Made by a program: the position numbers and the translations under genes. Shown one piece after another: positions 19,518 through 29,129 of a stretch of DNA of 64,000 bases. The notes under the pieces are model-generated. The model did no database searches and was not told the origin of the DNA. It saw only the letters and a program-made list of their open reading frames with translations. The DNA lies in the NCBI GenBank assembly GCA_963665125.2, contig CAXXUK010000001.1:3072001-3136000 (forward strand). Reading direction: 5' to 3'. This DNA comes from an uncultured Desulfarculus sp. GTDB taxonomy: Bacteria > Desulfobacterota > Desulfarculia > Desulfarculales > Desulfarculaceae. Every line of letters starts with the position of its first letter. Positions within the stretch are counted from its first letter, which is position 1.

Positions 19518-20306
19518 CTATTTTTTATCGGCAGGCTTTGCCGGGGCTGCTTCGGTTGCCGCGGCTTCAGTAGCCGCGGCCTGGGTGGCCTGGGCCGTGA
19601 CCGCGGCAGAGGCGTTCTGCTCAACCAGCCGGGACATGATGGCCGTCAGGGTCTGGCGGCGAGCCGGGTCGGTGGTTTTTTTCAACTCTTCCTCGTAAAT
19701 GGCCTTGGCTCCGGCCACATCGCCCTGGGCGGCCAGGACCCTGGCCAGGTCCACCTTGTACATCTGGGCCAGGTTCGGTCCGGCGGCGGCGACGGCGCTC
19801 TTGTAGGCGGCGGCGGCATCGGCGTAGAGCTGCTGGGCCTCCAGGGCCTGACCCCTGCCGTGGAGGGCCAGGGGCAGCAGCTCCGAAGCTAGGGCCGTGT
19901 CCTCGCTCAGGGAGCCCAGTTCATCGGCGGCCTTTTTGTATTCGCCCCGGCGATAGAGCACGTCGCCCAGGACCAACCGGGCCTGCATTCCGGCCGGAGT
20001 GGCGCCGAACTGGCTGCCGATAAGCTCCAGGGCCTCCTGCATGGTCTGGGTGGCCTCGCTGTCGAACTTGCCGCCCAGGAACTGTTCGTAGGCTATCATC
20101 ACCGGCCCCAGGGCCTCGGTGGCCTTGGCGTCGCGGCTATTGATATATTGGCTGACGCCCACCCCCGCGCCGACGATCAGCACCAGGACCACCCCGGCGA
20201 TCGTCAGCAGCTTCATGTTGGCCTGGGCCCACTTGGCGGCCTTGTCGGCAAAGGTTATGAACTCATCGGGCTCTTTGAGGGTTTTTTTGATGTCGCTTTT
20301 GGCCAT
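19518..20306 (-). CDS. TPR-containing membrane protein (YfgM-like)
   Basis: LKEPDEFI, single TM, TPR-like helices, Ala/Thr-rich tail; start at ATG 20306. Confidence 0.82.
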   Translation of the reverse strand: MAKSDIKKTLKEPDEFITFADKAAKWAQANMKLLTIAGVVLVLIVGAGVGVSQYINSRDAKATEALGPVMIAYEQFLGGKFDSEATQTMQEALELIGSQFGATPAGMQARLVLGDVLYRRGEYKKAADELGSLSEDTALASELLPLALHGRGQALEAQQLYADAAAAYKSAVAAAGPNLAQMYKVDLARVLAAQGDVAGAKAIYEEELKKTTDPARRQTLTAIMSRLVEQNASAAVTAQATQAAATEAAATEAAPAKPADKK

Positions 20307-20333
20307 TATCGTTTCGCACCTCGTGTTCAATCA

Positions 20334-21260
20334 TCAATCCGCGTGCAGGGCCTCGGCGGCCAAGGTGGCCGCGCCCAGCACGGGGGCGTCTTCTCCCAAT
20401 TGGGCCATGATAATCTCCAGCCCGGCGGGATCGGCTACAAAAAGCCTCCGGGCCATTTCCGCGCGGGCGGCGTCGGCCATCAGTGGCCAGGCCGGAGAAA
20501 CACCGCCACCCATGATTATCAGGTCCAGGCCCAGAACGCAAATCAGATCGGCAAAAGCCCGGCCCAAAGCCGTCCCGGCCGTGTTCATCAGCTCCAGGGC
20601 CAAGGCGTCTCCTGCCGCGGCGGCGTCGCGGATCCGGCGCACGTCCGCGCCAAGCTCCAGGCTGGTCCGCCTGCCGGCCTCCAGGGCTTCGGCCAGCAGG
20701 CCCATTAGCCCCGTTGCCGAGGCATAGGCCTCCAGGCAACCCCTGGCCCCGCAGGTGCAGAGGCGGCCGCCGGACTCCACCAGCATGTGGCCGATCTCGC
20801 CGGCCATGCCCATGGGCCCGGTGAGCAGCCTGCCGTTCAGCACGATTCCGCCGCCCACGCCGGTTCCAAGGGTGATGCAGGCCATGTCCATGCGGCCCCG
20901 GCCCGCCCCGAAGCGGGCCTCGCCCAGGGCGTAGAGGTTGGCGTCGTTTTCCAGCACGGCCGCGACACCCAGGGCATCACGCACCGCCCCGGTCAGGCCG
21001 AAGCCGTTGAACGACTTGAGGTTGTTGGCGAAGATCACCCTGCCGCCCTGGCGGTCCAGACTTCCGGCGCAGGCTATCCCAGCCCCGCCGGGTTTCGGGC
21101 CGCCCAGCGCTTGGTACTCGCCGGCCAGGCGCCGGACCCAGGCCTGGGGGCCGTCATCGGGCCTGGTCTGGAACGTCATGGCCCCCAGCAGGCCGCCGCC
21201 ATCGACCAGCCCGATCCGGGTCTTGGTGCCGCCTATGTCTATGCCCAGCCATACCGACAT
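20334..21260 (-). CDS. ROK family sugar kinase (glucokinase-like)
   Basis: GIDIGGTK, LENDAN, TLGTGVGGG, GEIGH, CTCGARGCLEAYAS. Confidence 0.93.
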   Translation of the reverse strand: MSVWLGIDIGGTKTRIGLVDGGGLLGAMTFQTRPDDGPQAWVRRLAGEYQALGGPKPGGAGIACAGSLDRQGGRVIFANNLKSFNGFGLTGAVRDALGVAAVLENDANLYALGEARFGAGRGRMDMACITLGTGVGGGIVLNGRLLTGPMGMAGEIGHMLVESGGRLCTCGARGCLEAYASATGLMGLLAEALEAGRRTSLELGADVRRIRDAAAAGDALALELMNTAGTALGRAFADLICVLGLDLIIMGGGVSPAWPLMADAARAEMARRLFVADPAGLEIIMAQLGEDAPVLGAATLAAEALHAD

Positions 21261-21368
21261 CGATCGCCGCCTTTTCCTGGATCAAAAAACTCGCCAGGCA
21301 GGACACGATCATCCCGCCTGGCAAGTTATACCAAATCACCGCGCCCAATGGCACGGCCCTTTTACGCT

Positions 21369-22814
21369 TTACATGCCGGTGTCAAACTCCAGGGTCTGGC
21401 CCTTTTCGATTTTCACGCCCTGGCCCGCGGGCAGGGGCTCGTCCATGCCGTCGACATGGATCATCACGTCGTATGTGCCGGGCATGACCAGCACCTTCTT
21501 GAAAATGGGCCAGTCATTGTCCCAGCGGCGGCGGATCTGGGCGTAGACGTCCTCTGTGCCGCTGGCGACCAGATCCCAGCCCTTGACATTGACCGACTTG
21601 GGAGGCTTGATCCGGATGCCGCTGTCCAGGTCCACCACGGCCATCTTGCCCTCGGTCACCTCGACGTCCTTGGCCAGCAACACCGAACCCGGGCTGCGGC
21701 CGTTGCGCACATAGAAATCATACTTTCCGGCGGGCAGGGGCTTGGGCTTGAACAGGTAATAATCGTTGCCGCCCGGCTCCAGCAGCAGCAGGGGTTCCTT
21801 GGCACCGCTTTGGCGGATCTCCACCGCGGCCACGGCCTCGTTGAGGCCCTGGGCCAAGTTGGGATAGATGCCGCCAAGCTTGAGTTCGGTGGTCTCGCCG
21901 GGATTGACGGTGACCGTGCCGATCGCCACGTCCGTGGGCGGCTTGTAGTTGGTGTTGGCAAAGCCCAGGACTATCTTGTATTCGCCGCTGATCAACGGAT
22001 GGGTGGCGTCGGCGGCCGACTCGGCCTTTTTGACTACCTTTTCATCCTTGGGCCGGATGATCTTGATCTCGGCCAGGCTGATGGCCGCGTCCTTCGGCAT
22101 GGTTATGTGCAGCTTGCCCAGGCCGGTCTTGGCCTTGACCTGGGTGGTCTTGGCCTGCTCGATCTTCTGGGCCACGTCCTTGTTGACCTGCTCCATGGCG
22201 GCCAAAAGCGACGCCGCGTCGTCGGCGCCGAAGTATTTGCCCCCGCCTGCCTCGGCCAGGCAGGAAAGCTGGGCCTTGCCCTGGTCGTCAACCCCGAAGC
22301 CCACCACATGCAAAACAAACTTGATGCCGCTTTTCTTCAGGGCCTTGACCACGCCGCAGGGGTCAGGGTCGCAGGTCTCCAGACCGTCGGAAACCAGCAC
22401 CATTATCGTCTCGGCGTCGGCCCCGCCGATCTTTTCGGCCACCAGCTTCAACGTGGCGGCAATGGGCGTCTTGCCCTTGGGCTGGATGGCGTTGATCTTT
22501 TTCAACACCTCCTCCCGGCTGATCTGACCGGGCATGGCCAGGATCTCCACGTCGGCGCAGTCGCCCCTGGTGCGGTGGCCATAGGCGGCCAGGCCAATGG
22601 CGGCCTCGGCCGGGGTCTGGGGCACCACCTGCTCCATCACCTGCCGAGCGGCCTGGATCTTCATCTGGTCACCGGCCCGGCCCCACATGCTGCCCGAGGC
22701 GTCCAGGATGTAAAAGACCTGGGGTGACGCCGCCAGGGCGGCCTGGCACAACAACAAAAGCAACGCCGCCATTATCGCGGCGGCGGCGGGTGCCTTGATC
22801 AACAGCCGGGTCAT
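21369..22814 (-). CDS. Exported VWA domain protein
   Basis: Signal peptide; MIDAS ILDASGSM, PKGKTPI, LVSDGLETC, HVVGFGV. Confidence 0.9.
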   Translation of the reverse strand: MTRLLIKAPAAAAIMAALLLLLCQAALAASPQVFYILDASGSMWGRAGDQMKIQAARQVMEQVVPQTPAEAAIGLAAYGHRTRGDCADVEILAMPGQISREEVLKKINAIQPKGKTPIAATLKLVAEKIGGADAETIMVLVSDGLETCDPDPCGVVKALKKSGIKFVLHVVGFGVDDQGKAQLSCLAEAGGGKYFGADDAASLLAAMEQVNKDVAQKIEQAKTTQVKAKTGLGKLHITMPKDAAISLAEIKIIRPKDEKVVKKAESAADATHPLISGEYKIVLGFANTNYKPPTDVAIGTVTVNPGETTELKLGGIYPNLAQGLNEAVAAVEIRQSGAKEPLLLLEPGGNDYYLFKPKPLPAGKYDFYVRNGRSPGSVLLAKDVEVTEGKMAVVDLDSGIRIKPPKSVNVKGWDLVASGTEDVYAQIRRRWDNDWPIFKKVLVMPGTYDVMIHVDGMDEPLPAGQGVKIEKGQTLEFDTGM

Positions 22815-22895
22815 CTAAACTCCTCCAAATGGCATCAATCGTGAAACGGCCCGCCAACCTGCGTCGGCGGGCCGTGCTTTTCGCGTTTATCGGGT

Positions 22896-23354
22896 CTACC
22901 ACAACTCCATGCGCTGAACGTCTCCGGCCAGTTCCGGATCGTGCATCAGTTTTTTGGCGAAGCGCAGGTATTTGTTGGCAATGGCCCGCACAGCGAACTG
23001 AAACGCGTAGGGTTTGATGGGTTTCTCCAGCAAATGATTGACTCCCGAGGCCATGCACATATTGACGATGTCCGTGCTGGCATGGCCGGTGATGATGATG
23101 CTGTCTTCGGCGGCCATGGGGTAGTGTATCGTCACCGCCTCTATGAAGTCGAATGCCGTCTGGCCGCCCAGAAACATATCCAGCACGAAGATGGCCAGGG
23201 AGCTGTCACGGTTGAAGCAAAAGGTGCGGGCCTCCAGAATATCGCTGAAGGCGTATACGCTGCCCCATGAGTAAAAGCTCTCCGTCAATTCGCCCAAGTG
23301 ATCGGCGATGGGTTTCTCATCATCCAGGATGATCACATCCAGCCCGGCGGACAT
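22896..23354 (-). CDS. Single-domain response regulator
   Basis: ILDDE, VLDMFL phosphoacceptor, IITG, LEKP. Confidence 0.88.
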   Translation of the reverse strand: MSAGLDVIILDDEKPIADHLGELTESFYSWGSVYAFSDILEARTFCFNRDSSLAIFVLDMFLGGQTAFDFIEAVTIHYPMAAEDSIIITGHASTDIVNMCMASGVNHLLEKPIKPYAFQFAVRAIANKYLRFAKKLMHDPELAGDVQRMELW

Positions 23355-23551
23355 GTCGGTCCTCCGTTACAGGGTTGGCACGCAATGAAACTTTTTCATC
23401 TGACTTATTATAGTCACAGGTTGCGCCGCGATATAACCCCTGTATTTCACCGACGCCAGTGGCGGCGTGTTTGTTTCATCGGCCAACCGGAAAAACCGGC
23501 GGGCCGCAAGCGGCCCACCGGCATGTCCGGCTGATCAATGCATATTATCGA

Positions 23552-24532
23552 TTAAAAATACACCCAGTCGCCGTTGCCCAGGTGTTTGTCGCTCAGGCTG
23601 CCCGCATCGCCGCTTCCCGAAACAACCGGCAGGCCAATTTCAATCATTTTTTCAATTGCTTGTATGCCTGTGCAGTGGTTACAGGCCACCTTGGCCGGTT
23701 TTTTGGAGGCCAACAGATCGACCATCTGGGCCTGCTCTTCGGTCATGTCGCCGAAGGGCACGATGTGCAACCCGCCGTAGACGCCGTATATATTGTCGCC
23801 ACCGGCAATCGTCTGGCCCGGGGTGTCCAGGAATGTCTGCATGCCCTGGTGGCAGCAACCCGACACGGCCAGGATGCCCTTGTCCTTCATGTTGATATAG
23901 ACCGACTGCTCGCCCTTGGTATCAAGGATGTTGGGCATGTCAAATGTCACTGAAGCCACTCCGGGCATCAACTCATGGACCATGCCCGGCTCAAGCTCGA
24001 TGAGTTCGCCGGTGTGGGGCACCGAGTTTTTGGCTTTGCCCGAGGCCGCCTCGCCGCCTGCCAAAAAGGCCTTGGCCTGATCACTGAAGGTGTTGGGCAA
24101 TACCACCGGGATATCCGGGCGCAGCGCCAGCACGGCCTCCAGGCCGAAAAAGTGGTCCATGTGCTCGTGGCTCATGTACAGAAATTCCACGGTGCCGTCG
24201 GCGATCATCTGGGCCACCCCGGTTTCTTCCAGGCGTTTTGCTATGTACTTGGAGTCCCAGCCGCAGTCCATAAGAAAGCGCCGGACCTTGCCGTCGGCAT
24301 ACTGCACTTCAACCAGATTGCAGGCGCCGGCCCCGTTGCCATCGGTCCAGGGCACTCCCCACTGATTGGCCTCCATGCCGCCGGCGCCCATGACATCCAC
24401 GATCACCTTGTCGTTGTCAAACCATCCGATTTCGGATACGCAACCGATGCGCGTCCCGCTGCACGCGCCGATGTCAACCTTGACGTCGGATATTGGTTTG
24501 GATTTAATGGTGGATTTTATTGCAGTACTCAT
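23552..24532 (-). CDS. MBL-fold metallo-hydrolase
   Basis: LMDCG, SHEHMDH, SGCCH, GGLH, CNHCTG. Confidence 0.9.
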   Translation of the reverse strand: MSTAIKSTIKSKPISDVKVDIGACSGTRIGCVSEIGWFDNDKVIVDVMGAGGMEANQWGVPWTDGNGAGACNLVEVQYADGKVRRFLMDCGWDSKYIAKRLEETGVAQMIADGTVEFLYMSHEHMDHFFGLEAVLALRPDIPVVLPNTFSDQAKAFLAGGEAASGKAKNSVPHTGELIELEPGMVHELMPGVASVTFDMPNILDTKGEQSVYINMKDKGILAVSGCCHQGMQTFLDTPGQTIAGGDNIYGVYGGLHIVPFGDMTEEQAQMVDLLASKKPAKVACNHCTGIQAIEKMIEIGLPVVSGSGDAGSLSDKHLGNGDWVYF

Positions 24533-24731
24533 GGGCGCCTCCCGAAAAAGAGTTTAAAAAAACCAAAATTAAATCCACTATACTCTACAGGTTTTTCATG
24601 CACAATGGCGAGGTTTTGGCTGGGCCTGTTCGTTTTTTTTCTTTTTTAATTGCCTATTTACGACCTCTGCATTAGGCTATCGGTGGATTATTCTTCAATG
24701 ATAAAGCAGTGATTTCCGAGGGGCCCTGATA

Positions 24732-27700
24732 TTGTCCACGGTATTCAAACCAATATCAGCACTTCAAGTTATTTTTTTGCTATTGGCGGCAGGGGCATTG
24801 CTCTGTCTGCCGCCACCGGCCCAGGCCGCCCGTCACGCTAAAACCAAGATTCTGATCATCAACACCTGGCACCAAGGCTTCCCCTGGAGCCAAAATCTGC
24901 TCGACGGCGTCAATGAGGTCCTGGGCAATAAAAAAAGCAGTGTAGTCCACATTACCCACATGGACACCAGAGGCGCGGGCGATCCCCTGTACCTGAAAAA
25001 CCTGGTCGAAGTCTATCGTGTCAAGTACAAGGGCAAGAAGTTCGACTGCGTGATCGCGGCGGGCCAGGTGGCCTATGAGTTGCTGCTGAACAAGGGCCGC
25101 GAGCTATTTCCGGACACGCCGCTTGTGTTTACCGGAGTCAGCGACTTGGCGGGCATGACCATGGGCCACCGCAGCTACATGACCGGCGTGCTCAAAACCA
25201 GGGATTTTCGCCAGACCGCCGACGAGGCGTTGCACCTCTGGCCCAGGGCCAAAACGGTTTACGTGATCACCGACAACACGGACGAGGGCAGGGCTCTTAA
25301 CCAAACTGCCCGGCAACAACTCCAGGGAATGGTCCGGACCGAAGTCCGATATCTGGATGGTTGTGAGCTCAGCACAAGGCAAATGTTGGACACCCTGGCC
25401 AAGATCAGCCCGGACAGCATCGTGCTGTTCACCCATTGGTTCGCCGACGCCGACGGCGCCAGTCAGACCCTTTTCGGCACGTTGAGCGATGTGATTTCAA
25501 GCAGCCCGGCACCGGTTTTCGGTGTTTTCGACTATGAGTTGGGCAAAGGCGTCATCGGCGGCAAACTGGAAAACGGTGCCGGCCAGGGCCGCGCCGCCGC
25601 AAAAATGGCCCTTCAGCTGATCCAGGGGACCAAGCCGGAAGATATTCCCCTGATGATGCGCAGCACCAACTCGTTCATGTTCGATTACAACCAATTGAAA
25701 CGCTGGAAAATCGACATGTCCAAACTGCCTCCGGGCAGCACTGTCATCAACCGGCCCAACACCTTTATCGACCGTCATAAAAGACTGATCACCGGCATCG
25801 CCCTTTTCGTGATCGCCCAAAGCCTGCTTATTATCTGGCTGGTGATCATCAACCTAAAAAAACGCAAGGCCGAAGCGGAACTGGAGACAAGCCGACGGGA
25901 TCTGGCCATCACACTCAACTCCATCGTGGAGGCGGTGATCACCACGGACCTGGAAGGCAAGGTGACCAGGATGAATCCCGTGGCCGAAGAGTTGACGGGC
26001 TGGCCGAGACAAAAGGCCGAAGGCAAGCCCCTGGACCAGGTCTGCCAGCTATTCGGTGAGGTGCAAAGGGATTTCCTGGACAACATTACCCAGCGAATAC
26101 TCAATGGCAGCCTGGCCATGATGGGCGAAACCTTTACCCTGTGCTCGGCCGACGGAGCCGAGCGGCCGGTTACGGTCAGCGCTTCGGCGATAAAGGGTTC
26201 GGTGGGCCGGGTGATAGGCGTGGTAATGGTCTTGCGCGATGTATCCGAAGAACGCAAGGCCGCCCAGGCCCTGCGCCGCAGTGAAGCGCGCTACCGCTCC
26301 CTCTACGACGCCATGCACGAAGGTGTGGCCCTGTATCAGATTATCGACAAACCGACCGGCGATCCGGACTTCGTGATCCTGGACCTTAATCCGGCATTTG
26401 AAGACATTGTAGGCAAGGTCCGCAGCCAGATGGTGGGCATGTGGTGTTCCATTGCCATGGGCGACAGCATGCCCCGCGTCCTGAACGCCCTGCGGCAAGT
26501 CGCCGCCGATGGCAACCCCATATCGTTCGAAGATGATTTCGCGGAACTGGGCAAGTCTCTCAAGGCCGAGGTCTTTTCACCCAGCGAAGGCCTGTTCGCC
26601 ACGGTGATCGAAGACGTCACCGAGGCTCGCAAGGCCCAGTTCGCCCTGGCCAAAAGCGATGAAAAATTCCAAAAGGCCTTCTTCAACCACCCAGACGGAG
26701 TGACTATTTCCAGGGCGGACGACGGCGTGTTCCTGGAAACAAACCAGGGCATGGCCGCAATTTTAGGTTATGAAATCGAGGAGATCAAAGGCCAGTCGGC
26801 AATTGATCTGAACGTATGGGCCCTTCCCGAAGACCGTGCATTTTTATACAAGATCATCCAAGCCAAAGGCGTTTTCCAGAACGTAGAGACAGTCTTCCGG
26901 CGAAAGGACGGTTCACTCGTGCCGGTTCTGCTGTCCGGCGCGACGATCTACTTTGACGGTCAGCAGACGGTGTTGGCCATCACCAGGGACATTACCACGG
27001 CCAAGGCGGCCGAGGAGGCCCTGCGCCGCAGCGAGGAAAAATTCCAGGCCGCATTCCATTCCAGTCCGGAGAGCATCGCCATCATCGAGCTTCATTCCGC
27101 CCGGATAATCGACGTAAATGACGTATTCACTCGAACTTTCGGGCTGTCCCGGGAAGACGCGTTCAATTCTCACACGTTCAGCATCCAAACCTGGGTCGAT
27201 GACAACCGGCGAAAAGAGTTCCTCAAACAAATACTGGAGTACAAAGAGGTTCGGGACTTTGCCGCCGACATGCGCAACAGGCAGGGACAGATCAAGAACA
27301 TAATGATCTCCGCAAGGCATTTGGAAATAGACAACCGCTCCTGCACGATTTGCGTATTGCGCGACATCACCGATCTGAAAAAGGCGGAACAGGCCAAGCT
27401 GGACCTGGAAGACCAACTGCGCCAATCGCAAAAAATGGAAGCCCTGGGCACCCTGGCCGGAGGCATCGCCCACGAATTCAACAATATTCTCGCCGCCATC
27501 ATCGGCCACGCGGAACTGGCCACACTGAAACTCACCCATGAACAACCCCCCGATCTACAGATAAAAAACATCCTTTCCGGCGCGGAAAGGGCCAAGGCTC
27601 TTACCAGACAGATACTGACCTTCAGCCGCGAGGGAGGCCAGGAGCTGACCCCGGTCAGGGCGGGACAGCTCATCCGGGAATCCGTGGAATTGCTCAGGGC

Positions 27701-28553
27701 CTCCTTGCCCTCAACAATCAATATTCGTTGCGATATCAATGACGACGGCGTGATCTTGGCCGACCAAAGCACCTTGAACCAGGTTGTAATGAACCTGTGT
27801 ACAAATGCCGCCCATGCCATGAGGCTCGGAGGCGGAACCATTGAAGTGCGCCAATATTTGATCCTCGATCACGATTCAGGTCAACAGTGGCTGAAGCTGG
27901 AGGTAAGCGACAGCGGAGCCGGAATCGACCCGGAAATCAAAAACCGGATATTCGAACCCTTTTTCACCACCAAAAAACCCGGCGAAGGCACGGGGCTGGG
28001 GCTCAGCGTGGTGCACGGCATTGTTTCCGGCTTGGGCGGCACCATCCAGGTAAAGGACCGGCCGGGAGGGGGAACGGTCTTCACTATTGAACTGCCGGTC
28101 TACGACGCGGACATTCAGCAAACGGCGGGCCAGGATCCGGCGCCTACCGAGGGCAATGAACGGGTCATGCTCGTCGACGACGAAAAGTCGCTGCTCAAAG
28201 GCCTGGGCGACTTGCTGACCATTTTGGGCTACCGGGTCTCCAGCTTTGACGACAGCCGCAGGGCCCTGGAGGCCTTTGAACAAAACCCCGACTCCTTCGA
28301 CGTGCTCATCACCGATCAAACAATGCCCGGCCTCACCGGCACGGAACTGACGGCGCGCATCCACGCGCTGCGCGGCGGCATGCCGGTGATTCTGTGCACC
28401 GGATATTCTCAGACGGTCTCCCCGGAAAAAGCCGCGGAACTGGGCATAAGTTATTTTCTGCAAAAACCATTCAGCCACGCCGAGTTGGCCTGCGCCATCC
28501 GGCAGGTGGTAGACGGCCCCGAACATTCCGGGTGCGCCGTAAAAATGAACTAG
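24732..28553 (+). CDS. Hybrid sensor histidine kinase (periplasmic ABC-SBP-like sensor, multiple PAS, HisKA, HATPase, REC)
   Basis: Signal/TM segments, four PAS-like segments, LAGGIAHEFNNIL, NLCTNA, DSGAG, FEPFFTTK, GTGLGL, LVDDE...TDQTMP...QKP. Confidence 0.95.
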   Translation: MSTVFKPISALQVIFLLLAAGALLCLPPPAQAARHAKTKILIINTWHQGFPWSQNLLDGVNEVLGNKKSSVVHITHMDTRGAGDPLYLKNLVEVYRVKYKGKKFDCVIAAGQVAYELLLNKGRELFPDTPLVFTGVSDLAGMTMGHRSYMTGVLKTRDFRQTADEALHLWPRAKTVYVITDNTDEGRALNQTARQQLQGMVRTEVRYLDGCELSTRQMLDTLAKISPDSIVLFTHWFADADGASQTLFGTLSDVISSSPAPVFGVFDYELGKGVIGGKLENGAGQGRAAAKMALQLIQGTKPEDIPLMMRSTNSFMFDYNQLKRWKIDMSKLPPGSTVINRPNTFIDRHKRLITGIALFVIAQSLLIIWLVIINLKKRKAEAELETSRRDLAITLNSIVEAVITTDLEGKVTRMNPVAEELTGWPRQKAEGKPLDQVCQLFGEVQRDFLDNITQRILNGSLAMMGETFTLCSADGAERPVTVSASAIKGSVGRVIGVVMVLRDVSEERKAAQALRRSEARYRSLYDAMHEGVALYQIIDKPTGDPDFVILDLNPAFEDIVGKVRSQMVGMWCSIAMGDSMPRVLNALRQVAADGNPISFEDDFAELGKSLKAEVFSPSEGLFATVIEDVTEARKAQFALAKSDEKFQKAFFNHPDGVTISRADDGVFLETNQGMAAILGYEIEEIKGQSAIDLNVWALPEDRAFLYKIIQAKGVFQNVETVFRRKDGSLVPVLLSGATIYFDGQQTVLAITRDITTAKAAEEALRRSEEKFQAAFHSSPESIAIIELHSARIIDVNDVFTRTFGLSREDAFNSHTFSIQTWVDDNRRKEFLKQILEYKEVRDFAADMRNRQGQIKNIMISARHLEIDNRSCTICVLRDITDLKKAEQAKLDLEDQLRQSQKMEALGTLAGGIAHEFNNILAAIIGHAELATLKLTHEQPPDLQIKNILSGAERAKALTRQILTFSREGGQELTPVRAGQLIRESVELLRASLPSTINIRCDINDDGVILADQSTLNQVVMNLCTNAAHAMRLGGGTIEVRQYLILDHDSGQQWLKLEVSDSGAGIDPEIKNRIFEPFFTTKKPGEGTGLGLSVVHGIVSGLGGTIQVKDRPGGGTVFTIELPVYDADIQQTAGQDPAPTEGNERVMLVDDEKSLLKGLGDLLTILGYRVSSFDDSRRALEAFEQNPDSFDVLITDQTMPGLTGTELTARIHALRGGMPVILCTGYSQTVSPEKAAELGISYFLQKPFSHAELACAIRQVVDGPEHSGCAVKMN

Positions 28554-28635
28554 CGCACCACCCCTGTTTAAAGTCGCTTGACAGGGCGCTCGCCCAATGC
28601 GATTATCTTGTATGCTAACTATCTTGGAATAACCT

Positions 28636-29046
28636 ATGCCCATATATGAAGACTGCATAATATTTTTATTGGCCAAGGCCTTTCAAAAGGCTCACGGCAC
28701 GGCCAAATCCCGCTGGAAGGAATACGGGTTGACCCCTGAGCAACAGCTTGTGCTGGCCACGGTCGTGGAAATGGAAGGAAGCTCGGCCGGGGAAATCGGA
28801 CAGGCCTTGCGGCTCGACAGCGCCACGCTTTCGGGCATTTTGGAGCGCATGGCCGACAAGGGCTTCATTGAAAAGCGCCAGGATGAAAACGACCGCAGAG
28901 TCGTACGGATATTTGCCAATCCCCAGATGCGCGACAAGCTGCCAAAAATGTTGGAGGAGCGCGACGATGTGAATGAAGAGGTTTTGGCCCCGCTGACCCA
29001 TGAGGAACGGGTGCTGTTCAAGCGGATGCTCCGGGAAATCAGCTAA
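28636..29046 (+). CDS. MarR family transcriptional regulator
   Basis: GLTPEQ, LDSATLSGILERM, DENDRR; TTGACA at 28578. Confidence 0.92.
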   Translation: MPIYEDCIIFLLAKAFQKAHGTAKSRWKEYGLTPEQQLVLATVVEMEGSSAGEIGQALRLDSATLSGILERMADKGFIEKRQDENDRRVVRIFANPQMRDKLPKMLEERDDVNEEVLAPLTHEERVLFKRMLREIS

Positions 29047-29062
29047 ATTTTTTTCGGCGAAT

Positions 29063-29078
29063 ATCTTGTGTACAAGAT
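29063..29078. promoter_or_regulatory. Palindromic operator, probable MarR site
   Basis: ATCTTGT-GT-ACAAGAT between marR and the oxidoreductase; half-site ATCTTGT also at 28605 before marR. Confidence 0.6.
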
Positions 29079-29129
29079 TTATCAGACCCCACGCCACAAC
29101 GGCTCGACCATATATCAGGGAGGAGAGTC

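Noticed and set aside
20787..22727. 646-aa plus-strand ORF
   Set aside because: Antisense to the ROK and VWA genes; shadow-ORF composition.
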